Of a stretch of DNA of 64,000 bases, positions 49,113 through 58,247 are shown piece after piece. Positions within the stretch are counted from its first letter, which is position 1, and each line of letters starts with the position of its first letter. The notes below the pieces were generated by a model, which saw only the letters and a program-made list of their open reading frames with translations, did not search any database and was not told the origin of the DNA. Source of the stretch: Psychroserpens sp. (GTDB taxonomy: Bacteria; Bacteroidota; Bacteroidia; Flavobacteriales; Flavobacteriaceae); assembly GCF_034670085.1 (NCBI RefSeq), contig NZ_JAXMOD010000005.1:228449-292448 (forward strand), in the 5' to 3' direction. A program made the position numbers and the translations under genes.

Positions 49113-50804
49113 CTATCTCACTAGTTTTTTATACTTAATACGCTTCGGTATTAAATCACCACCTAAACGTTTCTTTTTATTCTCTTCATAATCTGAGAAA
49201 CTTCCTTCGAAGAAATACACTTGACTATTACCTTCAAAAGCTAATATATGTGTACAGATTCGATCTAAAAACCATCTATCGTGACTAATCACCACTGCAC
49301 ATCCAGCAAAATTCTCAAGGCCTTCTTCTAAAGCTCTTAACGTATTGACATCAAGGTCATTGGTTGGCTCATCTAAAAGTAATACATTACCTTCTTCTTT
49401 GAGTGTCATTGCTAAATGTAAGCGGTTACGTTCTCCTCCAGACAATAATTTAACTGCTTTATTTTGTTCACTTCCTGAAAAATTAAAACGACTTAAATAG
49501 GCTCTAGAATTAACTTGTTTTCCTCCCATCATGATCAACTCTTGTTCATCACTAAAATTTTGCCAAATCGACTTTTCAGGATCAATATTGGAGTGTTTTT
49601 GATCTACATAGGCGAGTTTTGCTGTATCACCAACTTTGAATTCACCTTTATCTGGAGTTTCTTCTCCCATTATCATTCTAAAAATGGTAGTCTTTCCAGC
49701 TCCATTCGGACCAATAACACCAACAATTCCAGCTTGTGGTAGATTGAAATTTAAATCTTCATATAACAATTTATCGTCATAGCCTTTGCTAACACCTATT
49801 GCTTCGATAACATTCGTACCTAAGCGTGGACCATTAGGAATATAGATTTCTAACTTTTCATCCAATTGTTTCTGGTCTTGACTCATTAATTTGTCATAAT
49901 TCTTCAAACGCGCTTTTTGTTTCGTTTGACGACCTTTAGCACCTTGACGAACCCATTCTAACTCTCGTTCTAAGGTTTTTTGACGCTTAGAAGCGGTTTT
50001 GCTCTCTTGAGCCATACGTTTAGATTTTTGATCAAGCCATGACGAGTAATTCCCTTTCCATGGAATCCCTTCACCTCTATCAAGTTCTAAAATCCATCCA
50101 GCAACATTGTCTAAAAAGTATCTATCGTGTGTTACCGCAATTACTGTTCCTTTATATTGTGCTAAATGGTGTTCTAACCAATGTACAGATTCTGCATCTA
50201 AATGGTTAGTAGGCTCATCAAGCAATAATACATCTGGTTCTTGAAGTAATAAACGACAAAGAGCAACTCTTCGTCTTTCTCCTCCTGATAGTACAGATAT
50301 TTTTTTATCACCATCTGGCGTACGAAGCGCATCCATAGCAATTTCTAGTTTCGTATCTAACTCCCAAGCATTTGAGGCATCGATTTGATCTTGAAGTTCG
50401 GCTTGACGATTCATTAGCTTTTCCATTTTATCAGGATTGCTATACACTTCTTCTAAACCAAATTGATCATTGATACTATTATATTCATCGAGAATGGCTA
50501 CAGTTTCCGCAGCACCTTCTCGTACAGTTTCCATGACTGTTTTGTCTTCATCTAATTTAGGCTCTTGTTCTAAATAACCTACGGTATAGCCAGGAGAAAA
50601 AACAACATCACCTTGATAGTTTTTATCAACACCTGCAATAATCTTTAATAATGTCGATTTTCCAGATCCATTTAGACCTAAGATTCCAATTTTTGCGCCA
50701 TAAAAAAAGCTCAAATAAATATTCTTTAAAACTGGAGTTTGTGCACTTTGAAATGTCTTAGTCAAACCAGACATTGAAAAAATTACTTTTTTATCATCAC
50801 TCAT
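49113..50804 (-). CDS. ettA: Energy-dependent translational throttle protein EttA (ABC-F)
   Basis: Two ABC cassettes: GLNGSGKSTLLKIIAG with LSGGERRRVALCRLL, and GPNGAGKTTIFRMIMG with LSGGERNRLHLAMTL. The N-terminus VIFSMSGLTKTF...ISLSFFYGAKIG parallels E. coli EttA. 563 aa. Confidence 0.92.
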   Translation of the reverse strand: MSDDKKVIFSMSGLTKTFQSAQTPVLKNIYLSFFYGAKIGILGLNGSGKSTLLKIIAGVDKNYQGDVVFSPGYTVGYLEQEPKLDEDKTVMETVREGAAETVAILDEYNSINDQFGLEEVYSNPDKMEKLMNRQAELQDQIDASNAWELDTKLEIAMDALRTPDGDKKISVLSGGERRRVALCRLLLQEPDVLLLDEPTNHLDAESVHWLEHHLAQYKGTVIAVTHDRYFLDNVAGWILELDRGEGIPWKGNYSSWLDQKSKRMAQESKTASKRQKTLERELEWVRQGAKGRQTKQKARLKNYDKLMSQDQKQLDEKLEIYIPNGPRLGTNVIEAIGVSKGYDDKLLYEDLNFNLPQAGIVGVIGPNGAGKTTIFRMIMGEETPDKGEFKVGDTAKLAYVDQKHSNIDPEKSIWQNFSDEQELIMMGGKQVNSRAYLSRFNFSGSEQNKAVKLLSGGERNRLHLAMTLKEEGNVLLLDEPTNDLDVNTLRALEEGLENFAGCAVVISHDRWFLDRICTHILAFEGNSQVYFFEGSFSDYEENKKKRLGGDLIPKRIKYKKLVR

Positions 50805-50986
50805 TATACTCTACCTTTTAAAGCGTTAAACACCCAAGCAATAGCAAAAAATCCAATTCCAACGGCTGCAAATCCCCAACCCGCTACATCATCATATCTG
50901 AAGGCACCTAATGCAATTAAACCTAATCCTACTATTATCATAATTGTGGTAGCCCAAGCTAGCACAGTATTTTTATTCATTGCCAT
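50804..50986 (-). CDS. 60-aa two-TM membrane protein
   Basis: VLAWATTIMIIVGLGLIALGAF and WGFAAVGIGFFAIAWVF. Its stop overlaps the ettA start by 1 nt. Confidence 0.6.
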   Translation of the reverse strand: MAMNKNTVLAWATTIMIIVGLGLIALGAFRYDDVAGWGFAAVGIGFFAIAWVFNALKGRV

Positions 50987-51029
50987 ATTAATTTTTTTAA
51001 GGGAACTACAAATATCGCATTTTTAAACT

Positions 51030-51061
51030 AAAAAAAGCATCCAATTTAAGATGCTTTTTTG
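51030..51061 (-). terminator. Intrinsic terminator after the pirin genes
   Basis: Stem agcatc / gatgct flanked by A- and T-runs, downstream (minus sense) of the stop at 51082. Confidence 0.75.
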
Positions 51062-51081
51062 TTATCAATTATTTTATAGAT

Positions 51082-51798
51082 TTAGTTCATTGGAACTTCA
51101 ATGATTACCAAATTAGAATGTTGATTTGCTTTAATTTCAAGACTTTCAGTTTCGGAAACACCTAAGGCATCTCGTCTCCCTAAAATTGAGCTAGCGACTT
51201 CTATTTCGCCATCAACAACGAAAACATAGAGCCCATTTTGTGCTGCTTTCGTCTTTAAATTTATAGTGTTCTCTTTATCTAAACTCACTCTATAAATATA
51301 AGCCTGCTGGTTTATTGGTAAAGCATCTCCTTCTAACTTATCTTTAGGAGCAACAACAGTTTGTAACTTATTTTGTTTCCCTTCTGATGGAAATTGACGT
51401 TGTTCATAATTTGGTTCAACACCTAATTCTTCAGGAAGAATCCATAATTGAAGAAAATTAACTTCGTCTGTTTTACTATCGTTAAATTCAGAATGTGTTA
51501 CACCTGTTCCAGCTGTCATAACCTGAACCTCACCTACTTCAATAGCACGTTTGTTTCCCATATTATCTTTATGAGATAATGCACCTTGCAATGGAATTGA
51601 AATGATTTCCATATTCTGATGTGGATGGGTTCCGAAGCCCATTTTTGGGAGTACAACGTCATCGTTTAATACACGAAGTGCTCCAAAATTCATGCGTTCT
51701 TCATTTTGATAACTTGCAAAACTAAAGGTGTGATATGATTTTAACCAACCATGGTTAGCGAAGCCTCTAGTGTTTGATTTATGAATTATTGTTTTCAT
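51082..51798 (-). CDS. Pirin family protein (YhhW-like bicupin)
   Basis: GFANHGWLKSYHTFSFA and GFGTHPHQNMEIISIPLQGAL.H.D..G (cupin metal-binding His motif), plus AGTGVTHSEFN. Confidence 0.88.
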   Translation of the reverse strand: MKTIIHKSNTRGFANHGWLKSYHTFSFASYQNEERMNFGALRVLNDDVVLPKMGFGTHPHQNMEIISIPLQGALSHKDNMGNKRAIEVGEVQVMTAGTGVTHSEFNDSKTDEVNFLQLWILPEELGVEPNYEQRQFPSEGKQNKLQTVVAPKDKLEGDALPINQQAYIYRVSLDKENTINLKTKAAQNGLYVFVVDGEIEVASSILGRRDALGVSETESLEIKANQHSNLVIIEVPMN

Positions 51799-51828
51799 AA
51801 TTTCTGTTTCTTTTAGTTTTTGACTGTT

Positions 51829-52701
51829 TTAATTTGATGGAAGAAATCCCATTTTACCCATTTGATAATCTCGCATAGCTTCTAAAAGTTCTGTTTGTGA
51901 GTTCATCACATACGGTCCATAAGTTGCTACTGGTTCATCAATTGGCTCACCAGATAAAAATAAAAGCGTACTATCTTTATCTGCTTTTATAGAAAAACCA
52001 TCTCCATCTGTATTAAATTCCATGAGTTGATTTTTATCCAATTCTATTACTTCTATTCCATTCACAGTTACTTTTCCTTTTAACAAATAAAGCAAACCAT
52101 GATGTGAATTGGAATACGATATGGATTGCTCACCACCAGTTTTGGCTTCAATCATAAAAGCATTGACAGCTGTTTGTGTACTAATCCTTCCGAAGGTGTT
52201 ATTAAGTTCACCAGCTATAATTCTGGTTTCTATTTTATTATCTTCGGAAGTAATCACATTAAACTCTTCATGCTTTGCATGTTGATAATTGGCCTCAATC
52301 ATTTTCTTTTCTGAAGGTAAATTAAGCCACAGTTGAATTCCTTCAATCGTTCCACCTTTTTTGACTAAATCTTTTGTTGGACCTTCAGCATGAATGATAC
52401 CACGTCCAGCGGTTGTCCATTGCACATCTCCTGCTTTTACAATACTTTCATTACCCAATGAATCACGATGTAATTGCTCACCTTGAACTAGAAATGTAAC
52501 AGGTTCAAAACCTCTGTGAGGATGTGGACCTAAATCGAAAGGGTTATTATTTTCTGAAATCTCGTAAGGACCATAATGATGTAATAATACAAATGGATCA
52601 ATCATTTCGATATGTTGAGTTGGAAATGGTTGACGTAATCTAATTGGTCCCATATTTACGAAATGACTTCGTCCTGCTCTTTTTATTGTATTTAGTTTCA
52701 T
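51829..52701 (-). CDS. Pirin family protein (with pirin C-terminal domain)
   Basis: PHPHRGFEPVTFLVQGEQLHRDSLG, WTTAGRGIIHAEGP, GIQLWLNLP and the C-terminal GPYVMNSQTELLEAMRDYQMGKMG. Confidence 0.88.
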   Translation of the reverse strand: MKLNTIKRAGRSHFVNMGPIRLRQPFPTQHIEMIDPFVLLHHYGPYEISENNNPFDLGPHPHRGFEPVTFLVQGEQLHRDSLGNESIVKAGDVQWTTAGRGIIHAEGPTKDLVKKGGTIEGIQLWLNLPSEKKMIEANYQHAKHEEFNVITSEDNKIETRIIAGELNNTFGRISTQTAVNAFMIEAKTGGEQSISYSNSHHGLLYLLKGKVTVNGIEVIELDKNQLMEFNTDGDGFSIKADKDSTLLFLSGEPIDEPVATYGPYVMNSQTELLEAMRDYQMGKMGFLPSN

Positions 52702-52763
52702 AATATTTACTCTTTTATTATAATATTTTCCATGGAAAATATTTGATTAAAAAAACACGATTA

Positions 52764-53201
52764 TTATCGCATTTTATCTAGCAGATTACTCAGTTGTTCT
52801 GCTTCATTCTCATTTAAGTTTTTTAGTAAGCTTCTATTAAAATCATTAGGTATTGACTCTAATAAATTCAAGCCTTCCTTTGTAATAGCAATCTTTACAA
52901 CACGTCTATCCTCTTCGGATGGCAAACGCTCTATACATTGTTTAGCACACAATTTATCCATTAAACGCGTTGCATTTGGAGAACGTTCAAGCATGCGATC
53001 TTTAATAGTTTGAACGTTTAATGCTTCACCAGCGCCTTTTAAAATTCTTAAAATATTGTATTGCTGCGGAGAGATTCCATAATCTTTAAAAAACTCATTC
53101 TGACAGCTGGTTATCCAATTGGCTGTATAGATGATATTGAGCAATGCTTTTACTCTTTGATTTGGAAATGTTGAATTTATGTCTTTAGAAATGTTTCCCA
53201 T
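52764..53201 (-). CDS. MarR family transcriptional regulator
   Basis: Winged-HTH pattern ISPQQYNILRILKG...LNVQTIKDRMLERSPNATRLMDKLCAKQCIERLPSEEDRRVVKIAITKEG. Confidence 0.85.
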   Translation of the reverse strand: MGNISKDINSTFPNQRVKALLNIIYTANWITSCQNEFFKDYGISPQQYNILRILKGAGEALNVQTIKDRMLERSPNATRLMDKLCAKQCIERLPSEEDRRVVKIAITKEGLNLLESIPNDFNRSLLKNLNENEAEQLSNLLDKMR

Positions 53202-53617
53202 TATAGACTGTTTTTTTTCATATGAATAAATGTATTGTTCATAAGCTCATTTAGATAATTAGAATCAACATCAGAAAGTTTGTTAATATATAAACAGCCC
53301 TTACTAATCTTATGCTTTCCTAGTTTTGACAACAACTCCGTCTCATCTTCCAATCCAAACATCAAATGCAAAGAAATATTGGCTTTTGTAGGTGAAAATC
53401 CAATTAGAAACCATTCGCCTTCTTTACCTGCTTTGGTTTTGTACACGTAACTACCAAAACCAACCTTTTTTCCTCCCCACATTTTAGCTTTAAATCCAGT
53501 TATTTGTTCAAGCATTTCAATTAATGTAAAACAATCAGCTTTTTTTACTGGATTTTCTATAGTGTTTATAAAAGCTATGACATCAGCATCATTTTCTTTA
53601 GTTTTTAAGTAAGACAT
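53201..53617 (-). CDS. DUF1801 (YdhG-like) domain protein
   Basis: 138 aa; VIAFINTIENPVKKADCFTLIEMLEQITG...KMWGG...GFGSY resembles the YdhG/DUF1801 family as I remember it. It overlaps the MarR start by 1 nt. Confidence 0.6.
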   Translation of the reverse strand: MSYLKTKENDADVIAFINTIENPVKKADCFTLIEMLEQITGFKAKMWGGKKVGFGSYVYKTKAGKEGEWFLIGFSPTKANISLHLMFGLEDETELLSKLGKHKISKGCLYINKLSDVDSNYLNELMNNTFIHMKKNSL

Positions 53618-53622
53618 GAATT

Positions 53623-54153
53623 CTATACGTTTTTATTAAACATTACAACTTGTTTCATAAGTTGATCATTTAATTCTGAGTTTATAATCTTTCCTTCTGA
53701 AAAATTCTCGTTAAATGAAGGTAATGAAAAATCTGCAACAATATTTCCGCCCATATAAGGGAAACGACCTTTAGCTATATCTAAAACAGTAGTTCCTCCT
53801 CTACCACCAGGAGATGAAGCCATTAATAACATTGGCTTATCACTCCATAATTTTCCATTGATTCTAGACATCCAATCAAAAATATTTTTAAAAACTGTAG
53901 CATAGGCTCCATTGTGTTCTGCTAAAGACAGAATGATGCCATCGCTAGATTTAATGTGTTCTAAAAATTTATGTGCATTATCTGGTATACCATGTTTTAT
54001 TTCGTAATCAATGCCGTAAATAGGTAAGTCAAAATCATTTAAGTCTAATATGTTCACTTCGACATCTTTCACCAAAGTTGAAGCATATATTGCTAGTTGC
54101 TTGTTTATTGAATTCTTACTATTAGATCCTGCGAATGCTATAATGTGTTTCAT
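53623..54153 (-). CDS. NAD(P)H-dependent FMN reductase family oxidoreductase
   Basis: MKHIIAFAGSNSKNSINKQLA..., ILSLAEHNGAYATVFKNIFDW and flavodoxin-like fold motifs. Confidence 0.82.
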   Translation of the reverse strand: MKHIIAFAGSNSKNSINKQLAIYASTLVKDVEVNILDLNDFDLPIYGIDYEIKHGIPDNAHKFLEHIKSSDGIILSLAEHNGAYATVFKNIFDWMSRINGKLWSDKPMLLMASSPGGRGGTTVLDIAKGRFPYMGGNIVADFSLPSFNENFSEGKIINSELNDQLMKQVVMFNKNV

Positions 54154-54158
54154 AAGTA

Positions 54159-54515
54159 TTACTTGTTAATTCTTTTGTTAAAAATATATGATATTATTAA
54201 TAGGATTAAAGCGATTAAAGCTCCAGCCTGCTCGCCATCACTAATCATAACGTGTGCGAAAAACGCTAGTATGAAAGCAAAAAAGAAACCAGCGTAAGCC
54301 CACTCTTTAAGGACCTTGAAATTTGGATTCCAAAGTGCAATTAATCCTAATAATTTTGCTATGGCATATGGATATATAATATATGTAGGATAACCAAAAC
54401 TAGTAAACATTACCGATACATCTTCATGTTTGAAAAAGTACATACCTACAGAAAATAACATTAATAATGTTAGTAACGTTGTTGCAGTATAAAAAATAAT
54501 TTTGTCACGTTTCAT
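54159..54515 (-). CDS. DoxX-family membrane protein
   Basis: 118 aa with 4 TM, including YAIAKLLGLIALW and AYAGFFFAFILAFFAHV, typical of DoxX. Confidence 0.7.
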   Translation of the reverse strand: MKRDKIIFYTATTLLTLLMLFSVGMYFFKHEDVSVMFTSFGYPTYIIYPYAIAKLLGLIALWNPNFKVLKEWAYAGFFFAFILAFFAHVMISDGEQAGALIALILLIISYIFNKRINK

Positions 54516-54542
54516 GTGTATTGATTTTTATGATTGTTGGCA

Positions 54543-54550
54543 CAAATATA
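54543..54550 (-). promoter_or_regulatory. Bacteroidota -7 box (TATATTTG on the minus strand) for the DoxX-to-pirin cluster
   Basis: The plus-strand sequence caaatata at 54543-54550 equals TATATTTG on the minus strand, 28 nt upstream of the ATG at 54515. Confidence 0.45.
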
Positions 54551-54664
54551 CAATAATAAATTTATATATTCCTAGGAAAATAATTCCATGTTATTAATTT
54601 TAACAAATTATTCACTTTTTAATCCGTTAAGGGTTTCGTAAATTCGTACGAAATAAACTATACT

Positions 54665-56293
54665 ATGGATATCAACTTCAATAAAAACGAAGATCATAAT
54701 AAATTACTCCTTTCCGATTTAAAAAAACGCTTAGCTAAAGTAAAGCTTGGTGGTGGTGCAAAACGAATAGAAAAGCATCATGCTAAAGGCAAAATGACAG
54801 CGAGAGAACGCGTTGATTATCTATTAGATTCAAAAAAATCATCCGTAGAAATAGGAGCTTTTGCAGGAGAAGACATGTATGAAGAACATGGTGGTTGTCC
54901 TTCAGGAGGAGTTGTAGTGAAAATGGGATATGTAAAAGGGAAACAATGTATTGTTGTTGCAAATGATGCTACAGTTAAAGCTGGAGCTTGGTTTCCAATT
55001 ACTGGAAAAAAGAATTTACGGGCTCAAGAAATTGCAATTGAAAACAGATTACCAATTATATATTTAGTTGATTCTGCTGGAGTTTATTTACCAATGCAAG
55101 ATGAAATTTTTCCGGATAAAGAACATTTCGGACGAATTTTTAGAAATAATGCAGTTATGAGTAGTATGGGAATTACTCAAATTGCCGCAGTTATGGGAAG
55201 TTGTGTTGCTGGTGGTGCTTACTTACCAATTATGAGTGATGAGGCTTTAATTGTAGATAAAACAGGTAGTATTTTCCTAGCTGGAAGTTATTTAGTTAAA
55301 GCTGCCATAGGAGAAACCATTGATAATGAAACTTTAGGAGGTGCTACAACACATTGTGAGATTTCTGGTGTAACAGATTATAAAGCTAAAGATGATAAAG
55401 ATGCTTTAGAAACAATTCAGCGTTTAATTGATAAAATTGGTGATTACGATAAGGCAGGTTTTAATAAGGTTGCTTCTAAAAAACCAAAAGAAAACCCTGA
55501 AGACATGTTCGGAATTTTACCGCGTTCACGGGCTGATCAATACGATATGCGAGAAATCATTAAACGTTTAGTTGATAATTCTGAATTTGATGAATACAAG
55601 GAAGGTTACGGACAAACAATCATAACCGCTTATGCACGAATTGATGGTTGGGCTGTTGGAATCGTTGCTAATCAGCGAAAATTGGTTAAAACCAAAAAAG
55701 GAGAAATGCAATTTGGAGGTGTTATTTACAATGATAGCGCAGACAAAGCTACTCGATTTATTGCCAATTGTAATCAGAAAAAAATACCGTTAGTCTTTTT
55801 ACAAGATGTTACCGGCTTTATGGTTGGTAGTAAATCTGAACATGGAGGTATTATTAAAGATGGTGCAAAAATGGTGAATGCCGTAAGTAATTCTGTTGTA
55901 CCAAAATTTACCATTGTTATTGGGAATAGTTATGGCGCTGGAAATTATGCTATGTGCGGAAAAGCATATGACCCAAGATTAATTGTGGCTTGGCCAAGTG
56001 CAGAACTTGCAGTGATGAGTGGCAATTCTGCTGCCAAAGTACTGCTACAAATTGAAAAAGCATCGCTTCTTAAGAAGGGTGAGAAAATCACTGAAGAAAA
56101 GGAAAAAGAGTTATTCGATAAAATTAAAAACAGATACGATAATCAAGTATCACCATATTATGCAGCTGCTCGTATTTGGACAGATGCAGTCATAAATCCG
56201 TTAGATACAAGAACTTGGATTAGCATGGGAATTGAAGCTGCCGACCATGCTCCTATCGAAAAGCCATTTAATATGGGCGTTTTACAGGTATAA
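54665..56293 (+). CDS. Acyl-CoA carboxylase carboxyltransferase (beta) subunit, methylcrotonyl-/propionyl-CoA carboxylase type
   Basis: HHAKGKMTARERVDYLLD, VVANDATVKAGAW, MGSCVAGGAYLP, GVIYNDSADKATRFI and GNSYGAGNYAMCG. 542 aa. Confidence 0.88.
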   Translation: MDINFNKNEDHNKLLLSDLKKRLAKVKLGGGAKRIEKHHAKGKMTARERVDYLLDSKKSSVEIGAFAGEDMYEEHGGCPSGGVVVKMGYVKGKQCIVVANDATVKAGAWFPITGKKNLRAQEIAIENRLPIIYLVDSAGVYLPMQDEIFPDKEHFGRIFRNNAVMSSMGITQIAAVMGSCVAGGAYLPIMSDEALIVDKTGSIFLAGSYLVKAAIGETIDNETLGGATTHCEISGVTDYKAKDDKDALETIQRLIDKIGDYDKAGFNKVASKKPKENPEDMFGILPRSRADQYDMREIIKRLVDNSEFDEYKEGYGQTIITAYARIDGWAVGIVANQRKLVKTKKGEMQFGGVIYNDSADKATRFIANCNQKKIPLVFLQDVTGFMVGSKSEHGGIIKDGAKMVNAVSNSVVPKFTIVIGNSYGAGNYAMCGKAYDPRLIVAWPSAELAVMSGNSAAKVLLQIEKASLLKKGEKITEEKEKELFDKIKNRYDNQVSPYYAAARIWTDAVINPLDTRTWISMGIEAADHAPIEKPFNMGVLQV

Positions 56294-57558
56294 TGAACTT
56301 TAAAAACACCAGTTCGCCAGCCTATGTCATCATCTTACTCATTTTAGCTGGTGAAGCTGTTTTTATATTGCCTTTTGTTTTGCAACGTATTTTCAGAACT
56401 ACTTTCTTAGAATCCTTTTCTATTAGTCAGACTGAACTGGGAAGTTGTTTTTCAATTTATGGTATTGTAGCATTATTTTCTTATGTATTTGGAGGCCCTC
56501 TCGCTGATCGTTTTAAACCAAATGTATTAATGTCAGTTGCATTAATTCTTACAGGTTTAGGTGGTTGCTACTTAGCCACTTACCCTAGTCTTTTCAATCT
56601 ACATATACTTTATGGGTTTTGGGGTTTTACAACTATTTTCTTGTTTTGGGCAGCCATGATTAAGGCAACAAGGATTTGGGGAGGAACTGACAAACAAGGT
56701 ATTGCCTTTGGTTTTTTAGATGGAGGTCGTGGACTGGTAGCTGCACTTTTTGGTTCTGTTGGAGTCCTTATTTTTTCATGGTTTATTTCTAAGGACATAG
56801 AATTAACTTCAGTTGAAGAACGACGTTTTGCTTTTAAGGAGGTCATAACTTACACTTCTCTTGCTGTTATTACAGTTGGGATTATTGTGTTTTTCTTTTT
56901 AAAACTAAAGACAGAACAAGTTATTAAATCAGAAAAAGCTTCAAAACTCATCACAATTGAAAATTTTAAAATAGTATTGAAATTTAAGACTGTATGGTTG
57001 TTAATGATTATTATTTTATGCGCCTATTATGGTTATAAAATGACTAATCTTTTTAGTCAGTATGCAGAACAAATCATGTATTACGATAAAATTGAAGCTG
57101 CTAAAGTTGGAACTTACTTACTATACATGAGACCTGTTATTGGAATTGTCATAGGTCTTTTAGCAGATAGAACAAAAGCCAGTCTTTGGATTATTATAGG
57201 ATTCTTTTTAATGACTTTAACAAGTTTAGTTTTTGCTTCAGGTATTATAATTGATTCAACTCCTTTATTGTTTATTTTATCAATAGGTACAATGGCTGTT
57301 GGAGTTTATTCTGCTAGAGTCCTCTATTTTGCTACCTTAGAAGAGGCTAAAATACCTTTAACAGTTACAGGTACAGCTGTAGGTTTTATCTCTATTATAG
57401 GTTATACTCCAGATATTTTTACAGGTTTAATTAATGGTTATTTTTTAGATGCTTACAATGCAGAAGTCGGACATCAAATTGTGTTTGCGATAATGGCAGG
57501 CTTTTCTTTGGTTGGATTTATAGCTGCTTATTTTTTATATAAAATGCCAAAATCTTAA
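56293..57558 (+). CDS. MFS-type transporter
   Basis: About 12 hydrophobic segments. The loop GGPLADRFKPN resembles the MFS motif A (GxLaDrxGrr). Its start overlaps the upstream stop. Confidence 0.7.
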   Translation: MNFKNTSSPAYVIILLILAGEAVFILPFVLQRIFRTTFLESFSISQTELGSCFSIYGIVALFSYVFGGPLADRFKPNVLMSVALILTGLGGCYLATYPSLFNLHILYGFWGFTTIFLFWAAMIKATRIWGGTDKQGIAFGFLDGGRGLVAALFGSVGVLIFSWFISKDIELTSVEERRFAFKEVITYTSLAVITVGIIVFFFLKLKTEQVIKSEKASKLITIENFKIVLKFKTVWLLMIIILCAYYGYKMTNLFSQYAEQIMYYDKIEAAKVGTYLLYMRPVIGIVIGLLADRTKASLWIIIGFFLMTLTSLVFASGIIIDSTPLLFILSIGTMAVGVYSARVLYFATLEEAKIPLTVTGTAVGFISIIGYTPDIFTGLINGYFLDAYNAEVGHQIVFAIMAGFSLVGFIAAYFLYKMPKS

Positions 57559-58178
57559 TCTTTAATTACAGAAATTATCTCAGGCAATAATGCCATTGCT
57601 GTTATTAAAACTACATTAGTTCTCTTCTTTGTTGCTTTTACATGTTGAACAATTTCTTCTTCATCACGCGATCCTTTTGGATTTCTAATCATAATGACAG
57701 AATTAACTGAATCTTCCATAAAGTTTTCTTTTGTAAATTCATAAGCAAGTTCTATTCCATCGTCATGAAATTCTTTAACGCTTGGTTTTAAATTTTCTAT
57801 AGCATATAAAATTGCTTTCAAATCTTTAGGAGAGGATTGGTTTAGGGCAATTCCGCTAAAACCTGAATAGGTTATAATTGAAATAGAGTCATCTTCACTT
57901 AATCGTTTTGAAACCAGTTTGAATGCTTGATTCAAAATCACTATATGTTCTGTGCGTAAATCATTAACTGGTGTTTGAATTAAAAATGTAATGTTTTCTG
58001 AAGGCATATCTGAATCTTCAGTTTTGCGATCAATGGTATCTACAATAAATGTGATTAAATTATCTATTGAAACCGATTTTGTGTCAATATTTAACTCTTG
58101 ACTTGTAACTATACTAGAAAAAAGCACTACTGAGAATGTGATTGTAAGATGTTTCATTTGCTTGGTTTTTAAATTCAT
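57555..58178 (-). CDS. Secreted protein of unknown function (possibly a degenerate vWA-like fold)
   Basis: Signal peptide around MKHLTITFSVVLFSSIVTSQ. ISIITYSGFSGIAL resembles a vWA beta strand, but I see no DxSxS MIDAS motif. The exact start is uncertain. Confidence 0.55.
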   Translation of the reverse strand: MNLKTKQMKHLTITFSVVLFSSIVTSQELNIDTKSVSIDNLITFIVDTIDRKTEDSDMPSENITFLIQTPVNDLRTEHIVILNQAFKLVSKRLSEDDSISIITYSGFSGIALNQSSPKDLKAILYAIENLKPSVKEFHDDGIELAYEFTKENFMEDSVNSVIMIRNPKGSRDEEEIVQHVKATKKRTNVVLITAMALLPEIISVIKD

Positions 58179-58247
58179 AACAAACTTATAACCAAATCAT
58201 TATATATAAAATGAATAATGAGTGTACTAATGATTTCAATGAGTAAA

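Noticed and set aside
57555-58178. Calling the 207-aa secreted protein a von Willebrand factor A domain protein.
   Set aside because: Only one strand-like segment (ISIITYSG) resembles vWA. The MIDAS DxSxS motif is absent, so the protein is left as unknown.
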